A stretch of 63,536 nucleotides of DNA, filler included, from Reclinomonas americana ATCC 50394 (GCA_048213135.1; 47 parts of 47 records of this genome joined end to end with filler, not necessarily neighbours in it); one strand, 5' to 3'; counted from the whole stretch's first letter, positions 24,815-37,836 are shown. Translations and numbers: made by a program. Notes: a model not told the origin generated them from the letters alone.

Positions 24815-25538
24815 TTATAAAGTGCCGCGTGCGTTCCGTACTACCGGCCAGGAACTCCCTCGTCTTCGCCTTGATGCCCGGTAACGCGGACGTGATGTGC
24901 TCCTCAATCTCTCGCGCCTTGTCTGGATGCCGACGAGTAAACGCGGCGCTTGCTCTGTTTGACGCACACACGGAATGCGAGTGAGTTTGAAGAGGAGGTA
25001 GAGACGAGCGGGGTGGCTGGCACGCAACGCCAGTCGCTTGCGCATGTCGTACGCGTCCTCGCCGTCGGCGTAGTACTTCTTCTCCACGTCCTCCACTCTA
25101 TATGACAAGTGAGAACATGGTGTGCGACTCACAACCCTTCAGTTCTGCGACACCTTCTCTGTACTACCCCCTCCCTCACACGCAACTGGAATCCAAGTGT
25201 CTGCGAGTACAGATGCACTGCAGCGCGGTTCGACTCGCGCACATGCAGCGACACATACAGCGACTCGAAGCCGTCGCGCATCTCGCGCTCCGCATTCGTC
25301 ATCAATGAGCGCGCCAGACCCAGCTTGCGGTGCGAGCGCAGCACCGAGAGTGAGGTGATGTGGCCGTGGGGCGGACTCGCCGACTCCTCGTCCCTGTGAC
25401 GCGAGAGGTGTGAGGAGGAGAAGGAGAGAGAAGGAGCGGAGGAGTGGCGCAACATCTTGGCCAGCACGTAGCCGACAATGCGGCCGTCCTCTTCCTCGGC
25501 CACGTAGCCGAGCTGCGGCCAGGAGAGGGTGTGGTACC
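24807..25538 (-). CDS. NAA10: N-alpha-acetyltransferase 10 (NatA catalytic subunit), partial, multi-exon
   Basis: [52 protein letters not shown] and [14 protein letters not shown]; the exact 3' exon is inferred. Confidence 0.93.
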
Positions 25539-25829
25539 TGGGTGGGAGGATGGGAGGGAGGGGGAGTGAGAGAGAGAAGGAGAGGGGCGAGAGAGGAGAA
25601 GGATGGGAATAATGAAAGGTGAAGGTGACTGCGTGTGTGCCTGAGAGAGAGAGAGAGAGAGAGAGGAGGAGGGAGGAGGAGGAGGAGGAGGAGGTAGGAA
25701 GGAAGGAGGAGGAAGGAGGGAAGGAAGGANNNNNNNNNNNNNNNNNNNNNNNNNNNNNNNNNNNNNNNNNNNNTTAATTAATTAANNNNNNNNNNNNNNN
25801 NNNNNNNNNNNNNNNNNNNNNNNNNNNNN

Positions 25830-27068
25830 TGTACGAACAACCGGCCCCGACACAGCCCGGTGATCCGCCGCCAAAGAATGTGACTGTGCGGTGAGTAAGT
25901 GTTGCAGAGCCGATCGCGTGCACCACCCTGCTCACTGAGTGTGTGTGTGTGTGTGTGCGTGTGGCAGGGGTGTGGATGCTACTGTACATCGATCGCTGGT
26001 GGGCGACGGGGCGCTTCGACGGCGGCTTCACGTGCCAGAGTGGGACTCGTTTGTTCAAGTGGTCTTTGATCCCACCCGAGTGCCTCCACCCGATTTCTCC
26101 GGCCAGGCTCTACAATTTGTGGTGACTGGCATTGTGCGGCAAGAGGGCTCGGAAGATGACGACGGGTGAGTGTTTTTCTCGTGCTCGAAGTTAGGAGGGT
26201 GTCACATGAAGACTGACTGCTGTCGTGCTCCTGCTTGCAGTCCAACGTACCTCGAAGTCACCGACTGCTTCCAAAAGCCGCTGCAATCCTCCATCAAGTC
26301 GCGTGATCCCGAGTACTTGCGCGAGCGGAGCAACCGTCTGGCTGAGGCCGCCGAGCGCAACGTGGTGCAAGCCAATCGCGCCAAGTACGACACACTGCCG
26401 AGGAAACCACTGGACGAGTCGAGACGGCAACCACTCGCACCCGACGAGCCACCGGTGTACGTGTACAGCGGTCAGCGACTGCAGTTCAGCGAACTGCAAA
26501 AAGAGGAGATGCGTCGGCGCTTGGCCAAGGACCCGCGGTTCTACACGTACAGTGCCGACTACTTGAGTCAGAGCTTCTGCCTGGTGAACGAGGCCGAGAT
26601 CAAGCAGCAAGAGGAGGAGGAGAGTCGCCGCCGCATGATCACAGAGAAGGGCTTTGTGTATCCACCCCCCAAGTCGTGGCGCGAGTTCTACACGCACCCG
26701 AAGCGACCGGATCAGGCGCGTGTCGAAGAGCTGCAGGCGCCGTACATTGATCCGATCGAGGCCGAGCGAGAAGAGAAGCGCCGGATTCGCGAGTCGGTGC
26801 CGGAGGACTTGCGATCGCGGCCAGAGTGGACGCGCGTGTCGGCCAAGCCCAACAAATTCTCGGACCCCGAGAGCCCACCGGCTGGCAACGCCATGTCGGC
26901 GGCCAAGGAGGAGCTGGACCGCAAGATTGCCGTGCTGACGAATTGGAAGTCCAAGGTGGTGGTGGCCGACACCGCCTTCCGGGTGCACTACCGCAGTGGA
27001 GCGAGTCAGGCCGATCGCTTGCGCGGCATCTTGCAGGATCAGCCGCGGAAGCGTGGCATTCTGCCCAG
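25830..27068 (+). CDS. CFAP92-like cilia/flagella-associated protein (partial)
   Basis: VYVYSGQRLQFSELQKEEMRRRLAKDPRFYTYSADYLS...GFVYP...HPKRPDQARVEELQAPY resembles the CFAP92/KIAA1257 C-terminal block, as recalled. Confidence 0.55.
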
Positions 27069-27184
27069 GTGAGAGGGGGGCGCANNNNNNNNNNNNNNNN
27101 NNNNNNNNNNNNNNNNNNNNNNNNNNNNTTAATTAATTAANNNNNNNNNNNNNNNNNNNNNNNNNNNNNNNNNNNNNNNNNNNN

Positions 27185-27284
<100 letters not shown>

Positions 27285-28538
27285 ATGAATGATTGTGTGA
27301 TATTCTTGTGTCTCTTTGAGAGTGAGAGGGAGAGGAGACGCACCACGTGATCCTTGTCAGAGAGTTTGTGCACCAGGATCATGAGGTGCGAGGAGAGGTC
27401 GTGCGAGGCCATCGCGTGACTGACGAGTTCGATTTGCGACCGTTGCAGGACGCGCAAGGACGCGAGCTGCTGTCGACGTCGGTGCACGGCCAGGCAAGGC
27501 ATACCACTGAACAAGCGAGCGACGATGTGCAGCAGATCGAATTATGTGCTAACCGTCACAGTGTGAATGCAAGAGATCGAGCGCGAAGGTTGAAGGGCCT
27601 GCTGCCTGGAGGGTGTTGAGCAACCGTGACCTCCTTGTTGTCTTGCCACGGGTCAACGGTGGAGGGCAAAGGCTAGCCTTGGTCCACAGGTCCAAAACGA
27701 AGATATGCCAACAGCTGTCCCTCGCTGTTGAATCAAGCAAAAGGGGGATTCATTTGGGATTGCACTTGCGCACTGCACCATCGGCAGCAGTGCGCAAGAG
27801 TGGAAAGCCAAACGGCAAAGGGAAGGGGAACAGGGCTGGAGCGCCAGGTTACTTTTTACCGCAGCAGCCGCACTGTTGTGTGGACGGTGAGTAAATGAGT
27901 CAATGAGCAGGCACGCAAGAGTGACGCACCGCACTGCAAGTGCTCCAGTACTGCAGCGAGAATGCGAAAGGTGAGTGGTAAGTGAATGTGCAAAGGGAAG
28001 AGACAAGGATAACAAACCTTCCAAGTGTTGCCCTGAGCGAGTTGTCAAAGGGGTTGCATGCAGTGAGCAATTAATGTTGGGAAGAGAGAAGAAGCATGCA
28101 AGAGAAGGATCAGCGTGTACGTACACCCCACTGGTGGACCTGTGAGGGATGACGGGACATGGAAGATTGAGAGGATGGAAGCATAAGTAAACAAAGCAGC
28201 AAAGGTCAAACCTTGATGGCGCAGGCGCGGTTCGAAGCTGTGTGGTTGGGGAGAGGGAGAGAGCGAGAGGGATCACAATGAATTATTAATTAAATCGGCG
28301 AGGGATGGGAGCAGGGAGAGCGAGAGAGCGAGAGGGGGAGATTGAGAGAGGGGGAGATCGAGAGAGGGGGGAGCGAGAGGGGGGAGCGAGAGGGGGAGCA
28401 GCGAGAGGGGGAGAGCGAGAGGGGAGAGCGAGAGGGGGNNNNNNNNNNNNNNNNNNNNNNNNNNNNNNNNNNNNNNNNNNNNTTAATTAATTAANNNNNN
28501 NNNNNNNNNNNNNNNNNNNNNNNNNNNNNNNNNNNNNN

Positions 28539-29590
28539 CGGTTGTTGCAGACGTTGCCTTCAGCACGAAGTCGTCGGTCCGGATGCGACGATCCGAGCCT
28601 TTGGGGGCCTGACGAAGTGTATGCACACCCAACAACACCACGGCGTACGAAGGCACCGTGGCAAATGAATGTAGAGTAGTCACGCTTCGTGTCTGCGCGC
28701 CCGCTCATGGGTCAGAAAGGGACAAGAGAGCGGAGGATCACAACCAACAATACCTTGGATCCATTCTTGCTCAACGCCGCCGACTCCCACGACGGCCCAT
28801 CCGTAAACGTGTATTGCCGACTAAGCGTCGGGGCATTGGAGGAGTGCACATAGTACGCCAAGTAGCCTGCAGAAGCACACTGTAAGCGGTAGGCAGATAC
28901 GGAACATTACGAGCACCACAGTCACGCAACTCATCACAAATGACGGCGAAGCGCCGCCAGACGATGGAGCCAAACACTGCGTGAAGAGCAGGCGGCTCGT
29001 GACGGAGGGAGTGAAGCAACGCACAACCGTGTCGCCGGCGTCGTCGCCGTTGTCAATCTTGGCCAGGCCCACCAAGACTTGCGGCGGCGCAAAGAACACA
29101 CGGTCAAAGGTGAAGCGGACCACGGTCTTGGGGCCAGTTGCAGCGGAAGCCTGGCGGCCAGCTTGCATCATGAAGCCGGCCACAAATGACTCGCTGGTTG
29201 CCACGTAGGCACCATTGTTGACTGCCATGCACAATCGCAATGCCGCTCCACCCGACGGCGAGTTTGGCGTTACGGTGAGGCTGAAGAATGAGCATCCGCT
29301 GGCTGACGTACAGCCTCGCGCACCAATGCGTTTCACGGTGGCACCCGCGCCCGTCACCGAGCTGCTGTAGTCGGCAATGGAAGCGCAGTCTTGACCCGCG
29401 GCCACCACTTTGAAGTTGGTGCAATCGGTGAACGCGTCGGCGAATGAACCAACGACCACATCATTGGCGACGCCAACGGTGAGAACCGCCGGATTCACAA
29501 ACGACACAGTGGAGGTCGTGGTGGGGTCCAGAAGTGTAACGCTGCCGGCGGAGATTCGATACAACGACGTGCCACCACTCTGGAATCTGT
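28539..29590 (-). CDS. Surface protein with Cys-containing beta-sandwich repeat and H-type-lectin-like domain(s) (partial)
   Basis: VRFTFDRVFFAPPQVLVGLAKID..R pattern, with a second similar unit HSFATVPSYAVVLLGVHTL..RIR; introns present. Confidence 0.55.
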
Positions 29591-30059
29591 GTGCACGGTA
29601 AAGGCAAATATGGTGGGTGAGGGAGGGAGAGGGAGAGGGCGGGAGGGAGAGAGGGAGGGAGGGAGGGAGGGAGGGAGAGGGAGAGAGGGAGGGAGAGATA
29701 AGGAGAGGGAAGAGAGAAAGGGAGAGGGAGGAGAGAGAGGAGGGAGAGGGAGAGAGAGATAAGGAGAGGAGAGAGAAGGAGAGGAGGAGAGAGAGGNNNN
29801 NNNNNNNNNNNNNNNNNNNNNNNNNNNNNNNNNNNNNNNNTTAATTAATTAANNNNNNNNNNNNNNNNNNNNNNNNNNNNNNNNNNNNNNNNNNNNTGAC
29901 AGAGAGAATCAACAGAGGGGGAAAGAAAATGATACGTTGTTAAAGTCTGTGTGGATGGATGCAAGGGAGAGGAGAAGAACTTTCTGTGGAAATATATTTG
30001 TGTGACAACAGAGAATCGACAGAGGAGGGATGGAACGGATTGGTTGCGGTTGAGGGTTT

Positions 30060-30400
30060 ACACATGGGAATGCATTGGAGAGAGAAACAAAGAGGAGAAT
30101 GTTTGCGGAGGCTGCTTGTGTGTGTGTGGCAAGGGAGGATCATCAGACGTGGGAAGGGAAATGATACCTTCTTATGTTGGTGTGGATGAGAATGCATTGG
30201 AGAAGTAGTTACAGAGAGGTGTGCCGTGGAGGCAGTGCGTGTGGTAAGAGAGGATCGTCAGAGGTGGGAAGGGAAATGATACTTTGTGGCAGTGTGGATG
30301 AGAATGCATTGGCGAGATAGTAACAGTAAGAAGTGTGCCGTGGAGGCTCTGTGTGTGGAGAGTCAGAGGGAGGAAAGGGATAGCATACATTGTGGTAGTG
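30060..30400. repeat. Degenerate tandem repeat, ~115-125 nt unit, about 3 copies
   Basis: Recurring GAATGCATTGG...GAGGATC.TCAGA.GTGGGAAGGGAAATGATAC...TGTGGATGA. Confidence 0.8.
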
Positions 30401-31944
30401 TGTGGATTGGATGCTATTGAGAGAGTTACAAAGCGAGCGCTGTCAATGGAGGTTGATTCTGTATGCGAGTGAAATGTTGGAGGGAGAAGAGAGGAAGGAC
30501 AGTTTGTCAATATTTGCGGTATTGTGTGACGACGGTAAGAAGGAGAGAGTGAGAAAGGAGGAGGGCATCAGCGGAGATTGCTCTTGTCCTACGAGAGTGA
30601 GAGACCGACAAGGGGGAGGGAAAGATTAGTTGTTCCCCTGTGTGATGTGAATGCACCGCATGAGGGGGCGGGTGGTGGGTGACAGGAGTGGAAGACTTGA
30701 GGAGGGGAATGGCTGAGACTTTTGGGAGTGTGTGCTTGGGAATTCAACAGATGAGTGACATAGAGGATTGAAGGTCAACTCTGCGTGCGAAGAGAGGAGG
30801 TGGGGGACAGAAGGGAAATGTTGAGGTGCTGTTGATGAGAGAAACAACATGTACAGCAAGTGAGTGAGTTTTCACTGCGAAGATTTGCCGGCAGTTGTGC
30901 ACGATTACTGACATGGATCACCGACATGTTGCACAGAGAGCACGCTGGTGGGCAACACACCGGTGGTGGTCACTCTCATCAGCCGTCAGTCAACCCGCGG
31001 ATTGAAACAGACTGATTTCCACACCGCCGCGTTCTTGCGTGGATGGAAGACGACCGGCACTGGTGCATCGCAGGTCAATCCGTCGATTTTGCCGACAGAT
31101 GTGGTTCCGTCGCAAGGCAGCGTGTCGAGTGGAGCATACGGGCAGCTGGNNNNNNNNNNNNNNNNNNNNNNNNNNNNNNNNNNNNNNNNNNNNTTAATTA
31201 ATTAANNNNNNNNNNNNNNNNNNNNNNNNNNNNNNNNNNNNNNNNNNNNTTGCGGAGCGAGGTGTCGTGCACGTCCAGCTGCTGCCGCCCCATTGGTGAA
31301 TCTCTCTGCTACCGCTGCCGTATGTGCGTGCATCGGGACATCAGGGGAATCCACGTCTGACTGTCGAGCGGACGCGTGCACCCACTCGTGTTCCCAAGTG
31401 ACGAAAACAAACAGACAGACGCAGCAGCTCGTGGTACGCGACATGTATCGACAAGCGCTGAATGCTGACGGCTGCACATGCCTATGGCCCGGTTTACGCC
31501 AGTGCTCCGGGTGGTTTGCGCTTCGTTTAGCCATACTGCATCTCGACTTTCTCTCGCCCTTTAAATTTTCGAATTCCCTGATGTCTGAGTTTCTGGTGCT
31601 CACTCAAGATGGTGATCATCATGCAGCTGTGTTGCTGTTTGGATAAAAGTTGTTGTTGTTGTTGTTTTTGCACGGCGACCGGTGATTTGCAATTGGCGCC
31701 ATTTTCAACCGTTTCCATTTCCTTGCTCTCTGTTTCATGTTTTCATGGCAGCGCATGGCATCTCCTCCCTCTCACACTGTCGACTCACTGTCACTCGAGG
31801 GCACTTGTGCGCGACTGCTGTCGTCCTCTTGCTCGTTCACTTGCTCGCCGTCTCTGCAAGTTGCGTTGCTGCGCGCGGTGCTTGTGTGCGTGCGAGCAAG
31901 CGAGGACATGCCCACTCACGTGTCACCTGTTGCTCTCCACGCAG

Positions 31945-32483
31945 ACGCACAGACAGTGACCACCGCCGTCGCCAACAACATCACTGGCTCGACGGCCACT
32001 CTCAACGCATGGGTCAATCCAAATAATGTCGCTGGAGGCACCACCAACTCTTTCGAGTGGTCACCCTATGCATCGGCCATTGGTGCCTCCTCTGCCACTG
32101 TCTCCACTTTTGCGGGCACGGCGAGCTCATCGGGAACCACCAATGGCGTTGGGGCAAGTGCGCGATTCACAAATCCAATGGTGTGGCCGCAGCTGCCCCT
32201 TCTGCATGTCTTGTGTGATGTGCTGACAAATACCTCGACAGGGACTGGTCTTTGACGCCGGCGGCAACGTGTATGTCGGCGATTACGGGTTTGTCATGCA
32301 TGCATAGCACTCTTCCAGTCGTCTGTCGATTGTTGTTCCGTCTCTCTCTCTCGCTCACTCCTGCACGTGCAATGACAGCAACTGTCGCATTCGGCGCATC
32401 ACGCCTGCAGCCACAGTGACAACCTTTGCTGGCACCACCTGCGGCCTCGTGGATGGCACAGGAGTGGCAGCGCAGTTCAAAAA
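31945..32483 (+). CDS. FN3-like/NHL-repeat surface protein (partial, spliced)
   Basis: VTTAVANNITGSTATLNAWVNPN..FEW, then [55 protein letters not shown]. Confidence 0.8.
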
Positions 32484-32602
32484 GTGCGTCTCTCTCTCTC
32501 TCNNNNNNNNNNNNNNNNNNNNNNNNNNNNNNNNNNNNNNNNNNNNTTAATTAATTAANNNNNNNNNNNNNNNNNNNNNNNNNNNNNNNNNNNNNNNNNN
32601 NN

Positions 32603-33855
32603 TCCTCCACTCCGGTGACGAGGCGGTCGGCCTCTCCCGCGCTGACCAGCGAGAAGGTCTCTCCGCGCACCCCGCCGCGGATCGCGGTGGCCGTCAGCTC
32701 ACCGGGGCGGTAGGCGACGGCGAACTCCGCCGTGTAGCGGTTCGCCGCACCTGCGGGAGCAGTGCCGATGACGTCCCCGTCGAGGGCGAGTTCGACGTCG
32801 TCGGCATCGCTGTAGACCTCTACGGCGAGGGGGGCACCCTCATGCCCGGTCCAGGTCCAGCTGCCGATGCTGTCACTCCAGGTCCACGGGCCGGCGTAGA
32901 AGGTCTTGTCCTCGTTCCCCGGTCGGGACACCGCGATGTAGGGCTTCTTCCGGAGTCCGAAGACGATCTCCCGGTAGAACGAGGCCGGACGGCGGCCGCC
33001 GATCAGATCGAGGTCGCCGCACCAGGCGGCGATCCAGGGATAGGTGCCGCTCAGACTCGGAGTCTCTCCCTCCGCGAGGTGATGGGCGCGCCCGATGCCG
33101 ACCTCTCCGAGGTAGTCGAAACCCGTCCACGTGAAGTCGCCGATGACGTGTGGATTCTCGGTGACGAGAGCCCAGTTGTGGTCGATGCGCGTGGGGAACG
33201 TCTCGGTGCCGACGATCACCCGGTTCGGGAACAGCTCCTTGTCCATCGTGTATCGGGCGTCGAGGTAGTTCATGCCGGCGATGTCGAGCACGCCGAAGGA
33301 TTCGGCTGTCGCCTCGGTGACGAGTGCGGACGCACCGATCTGATTCATGAACTCCGCAGGCCCGGCCATGAGGGTGTTGATGCCTGCCCCGTCTCCGTCG
33401 CCCTCGCCGCGTTGCGCGGCGATCTTCTTGATGTCAGCCATGACGGCGAGCATCCCGTTCACGGCGTTCGTGACGTACCGGGTCGGGTCGAGTTCGCGCA
33501 CCTTCTCGGCGAGCGCCCGACCCGTGAGGCCGCCCGCAGGAGAGCCGGTCTCCGGGATCTCGTTGCCGATGGAGTACATGATCACCGACGGATGGTTGAA
33601 GTCCTTCGCCACCATCGCTTCGACGTCCCGTTCCCACCACTCCGCGAAGTGGAGGGAGTAGTCGTGCGGCATCTTGTTCGAGGTCCACATGTCGAACGTC
33701 TCATCCATCACATAGACCCCCAATCGGTCGCAGGCCTCGAGCATGGCGGCGCTCATCGGGTTGTGCGACGAGCGGATCGCATTGAAGCCTGCTTCCTTGA
33801 GGAGCCGCACCCGTCGTTCCTCGGCGTCCGCGAAGGTCGCCGCGCCGAGGATCCC
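32603..33855 (-). CDS. Glycoside hydrolase family 2 (beta-galactosidase-like), partial
   Basis: GFNAIRSSHNP, NHPSVIMYSIGNE, GDFTWTGFDYLGE; actinobacterial codon usage. Confidence 0.93.
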
Positions 33856-33955
33856 NNNNNNNNNNNNNNNNNNNNNNNNNNNNNNNNNNNNNNNNNNNNT
33901 TAATTAATTAANNNNNNNNNNNNNNNNNNNNNNNNNNNNNNNNNNNNNNNNNNNN

Positions 33956-34744
33956 CACACGATCAGAGGTCGCCACGCATACACACTGCAGGAAAAGGAA
34001 GGGAAAACACACACCGTGCAATCGTACTTGTGCTTCGGGCGCAGTCCATCGATCTTGAACACCGGCGTCTTCGCCAGATACTCAATGGGCACCCACGACT
34101 CGACCGACTGCGGAATGTCGACCTTGGTCTTCTTGCCCCACCGCACCTCCTTCTCCTCCTGCGCCAACTGCTCCTTGTCGAGCGGATGCGGATCGCAACG
34201 GACCTCCTCGCCCAACAACGGCATCGGACCGCCCGCCTCAGGCGGCCCCAGCTCCAACGCCACCGAGGTCGACGACTTGAACTTGAGGCGCGGCACAAGC
34301 GGACGCGCAGGAGGATCGCCTGTCGAAAGAGAGAGAGAGAGCCAGTGTTGAGTCGACATGCCTTGCAAAAAAACGAAACCCGCTCGTTTTTCCCTGTCTC
34401 TCTCGTTGATGCAGCGCACACCACTGCACGCACGACATGCAGACAACATGCAGCATGCAAACTGCAGCAGTGGAGCAAACAGAGTGCGACATGCACATTT
34501 CGGCACAACTCTCCAACTCACTCACGCTCTTGCTCTCTGCTTCTCTCGCCACGTGTGCACACTTACCAGTACGCGTGATGCCCGGGTTGTATGCATCAAT
34601 GAGCAGGTAAACTGCAACTGCCGCCAGCACGTACAACACGTAGCGCAGAGGTGCCCAGTACGACGCTGCACCAGCTGCACCTGCACCTCCGCGGCGACGA
34701 GCAGCAGCCACTGGAGAGCCAGCCACAGCCGGCCCGCGCTGCAT
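33956..34744 (-). CDS. Type II membrane protein with FN3-like domain, 5' exons
   Basis: MQRGP...TM segment YVLYVLAAVAVYLLI, then PPARPLVPRLKFKSSTSVALELGPP...FKIDGLRPKHKYD. Confidence 0.55.
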
Positions 34745-34806
34745 GATTGTGAATGAAAAAGGACGTGGAGGACAATGAGAGTCGTTACAAGCAGGACGCG
34801 AGAAAA

Positions 34807-35147
34807 ATGGGGTGTGTGTCGAGTGCGGATGGTGGTCGCCGTCGCCGCCGTCGCCGTCGAGACAGCAAGCGTGATGACTCATGGCGCGGACCGGATGCAG
34901 CACCGCCAGTGATCCACGATTCGGACTCGGAGGCCTTTGATCCGCCACCCGCTCGCTGGCAATTTGCGGGCGGCCGGCCGGCGACTCCGCCTCCGCCTGT
35001 CTCCAAGAAGCAGGCCAAGAAGTCACCGAGAGCATCGTCACCTGTGAGCAGAGGGAGAACACGATCATCGTCGCCACCGCCACCACCAGCAGCGCAGCAA
35101 AGGAGACGATCGCCGACTCGAGGCCGGTCTCCGATATCTCGTGGAGG
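34807..35147 (+). CDS. First exon of a probably N-acylated protein
   Basis: MGCVSS start (Gly2/Cys3/Ser6) followed by a polybasic stretch; ends at GTGAGT. Confidence 0.5.
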
Positions 35148-36365
35148 GTGAGTGTAGCAGTAGTCCACGCGCAGCTACTATGTTGTTGTTGTTGTAACGA
35201 GTCTGTTTNNNNNNNNNNNNNNNNNNNNNNNNNNNNNNNNNNNNNNNNNNNNTTAATTAATTAANNNNNNNNNNNNNNNNNNNNNNNNNNNNNNNNNNNN
35301 NNNNNNNNATGGAAGACTGCAGATACGGGCTAGGCAATCTAGTGTCGTGTTTCCCGATGGGTGGCCTGGTCGGTGGATCGTTCTCGATCCCGGTTGGCAA
35401 GTCAGAGCGGATCGATGATGTGCGCTTCTTGGTTGCTGCTGTCGCCGCCAAGTAATGATACTGGTGGCCATGGAAGACTGCAGACGCGCACGTGGCCTGG
35501 TGCGTACGTGTCCTGCATCTGCGTTGAGGAGTAAGTTAGTGAGACTTGGAGATTGACTAACTCAATTCTGTGTGACAGGCGTGCTGGCAAGTGACTGGCG
35601 TGCGAAGACACGTGGTTCCGTGCCTCACAGTATCTGCATGAGACAATGCACCGGCCGACTGTGAGTGTGATTGAAGGCACGGGGCATTGATTGTGACTTG
35701 GTTGAGAGGAGGCGAGTCTCACAACACAGCTGCCTCTTCCATCGCTGTGCTGCTGTTATGGTCGTTCCTCTCCCGTCCCTTGTGGTTCTTTTCTTCATTG
35801 TCTCATCTCAACTTCGCGGTGGACCGATCCAAGGAGTCGATGACTCGGAGCTCATTGGATTCTCGGGTGTGACGTGGCATCAGCTGGACCACAGCTGCAT
35901 ATCCAAGCAGCCCGACATTCCAATCCTCGTTGGCAGAGAATGCTGGCCGGTCTCGATGCAATGGAGCGCCAACCTCGTGTCACCACCACCACCTTGCATG
36001 CATTCTTCCGACTACGCATCGATGTCGACGTGTCCCATGTCGGCCCACACGCATCAACGAAGCCACATCGTTCACACACTACCGCATGCTGTGTGGGGTG
36101 CTGGCTGTAGCCTGGCGAGGGATGTAAGACGCCTCAGAGCAAGACGGGAGAAGAAAGGCGGGAAACGGTGACAATCAGGAGCGAGCAAAACACACACATA
36201 ACACACACGCACGGAGAATGACAACAAAGGTGGGAATGTGTGCGCACTTTTGCGTGGTTGGTGTCTGTGCGTGCATTCTTGTGCGTGTGCATGTGTGCAG
36301 TTATTGATTGCGTGTCTGCGAATGTCGCTGCTGTGTGTGCGTCTCACTGCGAGCCTCTGGCACAG

Positions 36366-36560
36366 ATCATTCAGAGTCTCGATGTGGTGAGGTCCGTCGC
36401 CATTACACCCGATAACAAGCACATTGTCGGTGGGTGCTTGGACAGTACCTTCCGAGTGTGGTCTCTGGCGAGTGGCAAGGAGGTGCGACGGCTGGTGGGA
36501 CACACTGGATGGGTGTATTGTGTCGCCGTCACCCCTGATAATCAGCACATCGTGGGTGGA
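36366..36560 (+). CDS. WD40-repeat protein exon (partial)
   Basis: VRSVAITPDNKHIVGGCLDSTFRVWSLASGKEVRRLVGHTGWVYCVAVTPD. Confidence 0.85.
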
Positions 36561-36676
36561 NNNNNNNNNNNNNNNNNNNNNNNNNNNNNNNNNNNNNNNN
36601 NNNNTTAATTAATTAANNNNNNNNNNNNNNNNNNNNNNNNNNNNNNNNNNNNNNNNNNNNAACACACACACGCACC

Positions 36677-36762
36677 GCCTCGCGCAGCTCAGGTGCCAAG
36701 TCAGCGGCGACAAACACCGCCAGCAGGGCGACGACCAGAACGATAGCCAGTGAGAACTTCAT
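36677..36762 (-). CDS. First exon of a secreted protein
   Basis: Signal peptide MKFSLAIVLVVALLAVFVAA-D, followed by a GTGCGT donor. Confidence 0.6.
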
Positions 36763-37170
36763 CAGAAATGGAAGAGAGGATGCTTGCTTTTCACGCTCAC
36801 ACACGAACAACGAAAGCACAGATGCGCGCGAAAATGTCGTGCAACGGTCAGTTGCCCGGAAATTTCACAAAAAACAGGAAGAAAACCCACACTCCTCTGC
36901 TCGGCAGCAGATTTGGGGAGAAGGGAGTGTGTGCACGTCGTAGCAGCAGAAAAAAATCAGAATCGATGCATTGCAAAAGTCAGACCACTGCAAGAAAACG
37001 TTGAATTAAAACTTGGGAAGCCTGTGTGGAAAGGGGCGTCCATGCCGCTCATCCACTTGCATGCCATGTTGCAATTGTCGGCACCCTTCCACCGCGGAGG
37101 CGTACAACGCACGGACGCGTGCCGCCTTTGGTTTTCTGAAATTTTAGTATTGTGCGAGAGAAGGAAGAGA

Positions 37171-37836
37171 ATGAGTGAGCCTCCGGTGCACCCGCTGCTT
37201 GTGCGCAGTGCACAAGTGATGGAGTGGACAAGGGACCGCGTGGGTGGATGGTTGGCACGTGCGGCGCAGTCGCTATTGCAATGGGTGTGGCGCGTGTTGC
37301 GCGGCTTGCGTGGTTACGCTTTTGTGCGAGTGGCCACACGCGTGTGCTGTCGCTTTGCCGCGGTCGAGGCCTCTTTCAGCGTGAGACTCGGCGAAGAGAA
37401 ACACGGTGAAGGAGAAGAGGCGGCGGTGCCTGCGCTGCAGCAGCGCGTCATGGAGGTGGTGGAGGATGAACAACGAGCACTTGCACGCCCTCCGCCACAA
37501 GCGCTCCAGCAGGAACCACCGCAGCAGCAGGAGCAAGACGAAGCGCCTGTATCGGTGCCAAAGATGGTGCTGCCACCGCCACCACGCAGTCCGGGTTCAG
37601 CACCGGCGCCGAGTGCGGTGATTGCTCGCGGGTCCATGTTTTCCGAGCTGCAGCGTCGACTGCGCGTGCGGCGACAACTGATGGACATGACGTCGGACGA
37701 GGACGACCGCAAGTCCACTGTCGGCGGAGACGGTGGGTCGCCACTGACGCCGGCATCTCCCGAGAGCAGTGCCGACGGATCGCTGCCGCTGACTGCGTAC
37801 TTGTCTCCTGTGCCCATGTCATTCCCCGGCCACAAG
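37171..37836 (+). CDS. Pro-rich eukaryotic hypothetical protein
   Basis: Long open frame with a poly-Pro segment, amphipathic SMFSELQRRLRVRR, then acidic SDEDD. Confidence 0.4.

Noticed and set aside
30060..30400. CRISPR or ncRNA array
   Set aside because: The whole unit is repeated with decay and has no unique spacers; an ordinary minisatellite.
37540..37710. WASH/WH2-type actin nucleation module
   Set aside because: Poly-Pro, amphipathic helix and acidic patch are suggestive, but no LKK[TV]-type WH2 motif or terminal Trp is visible.
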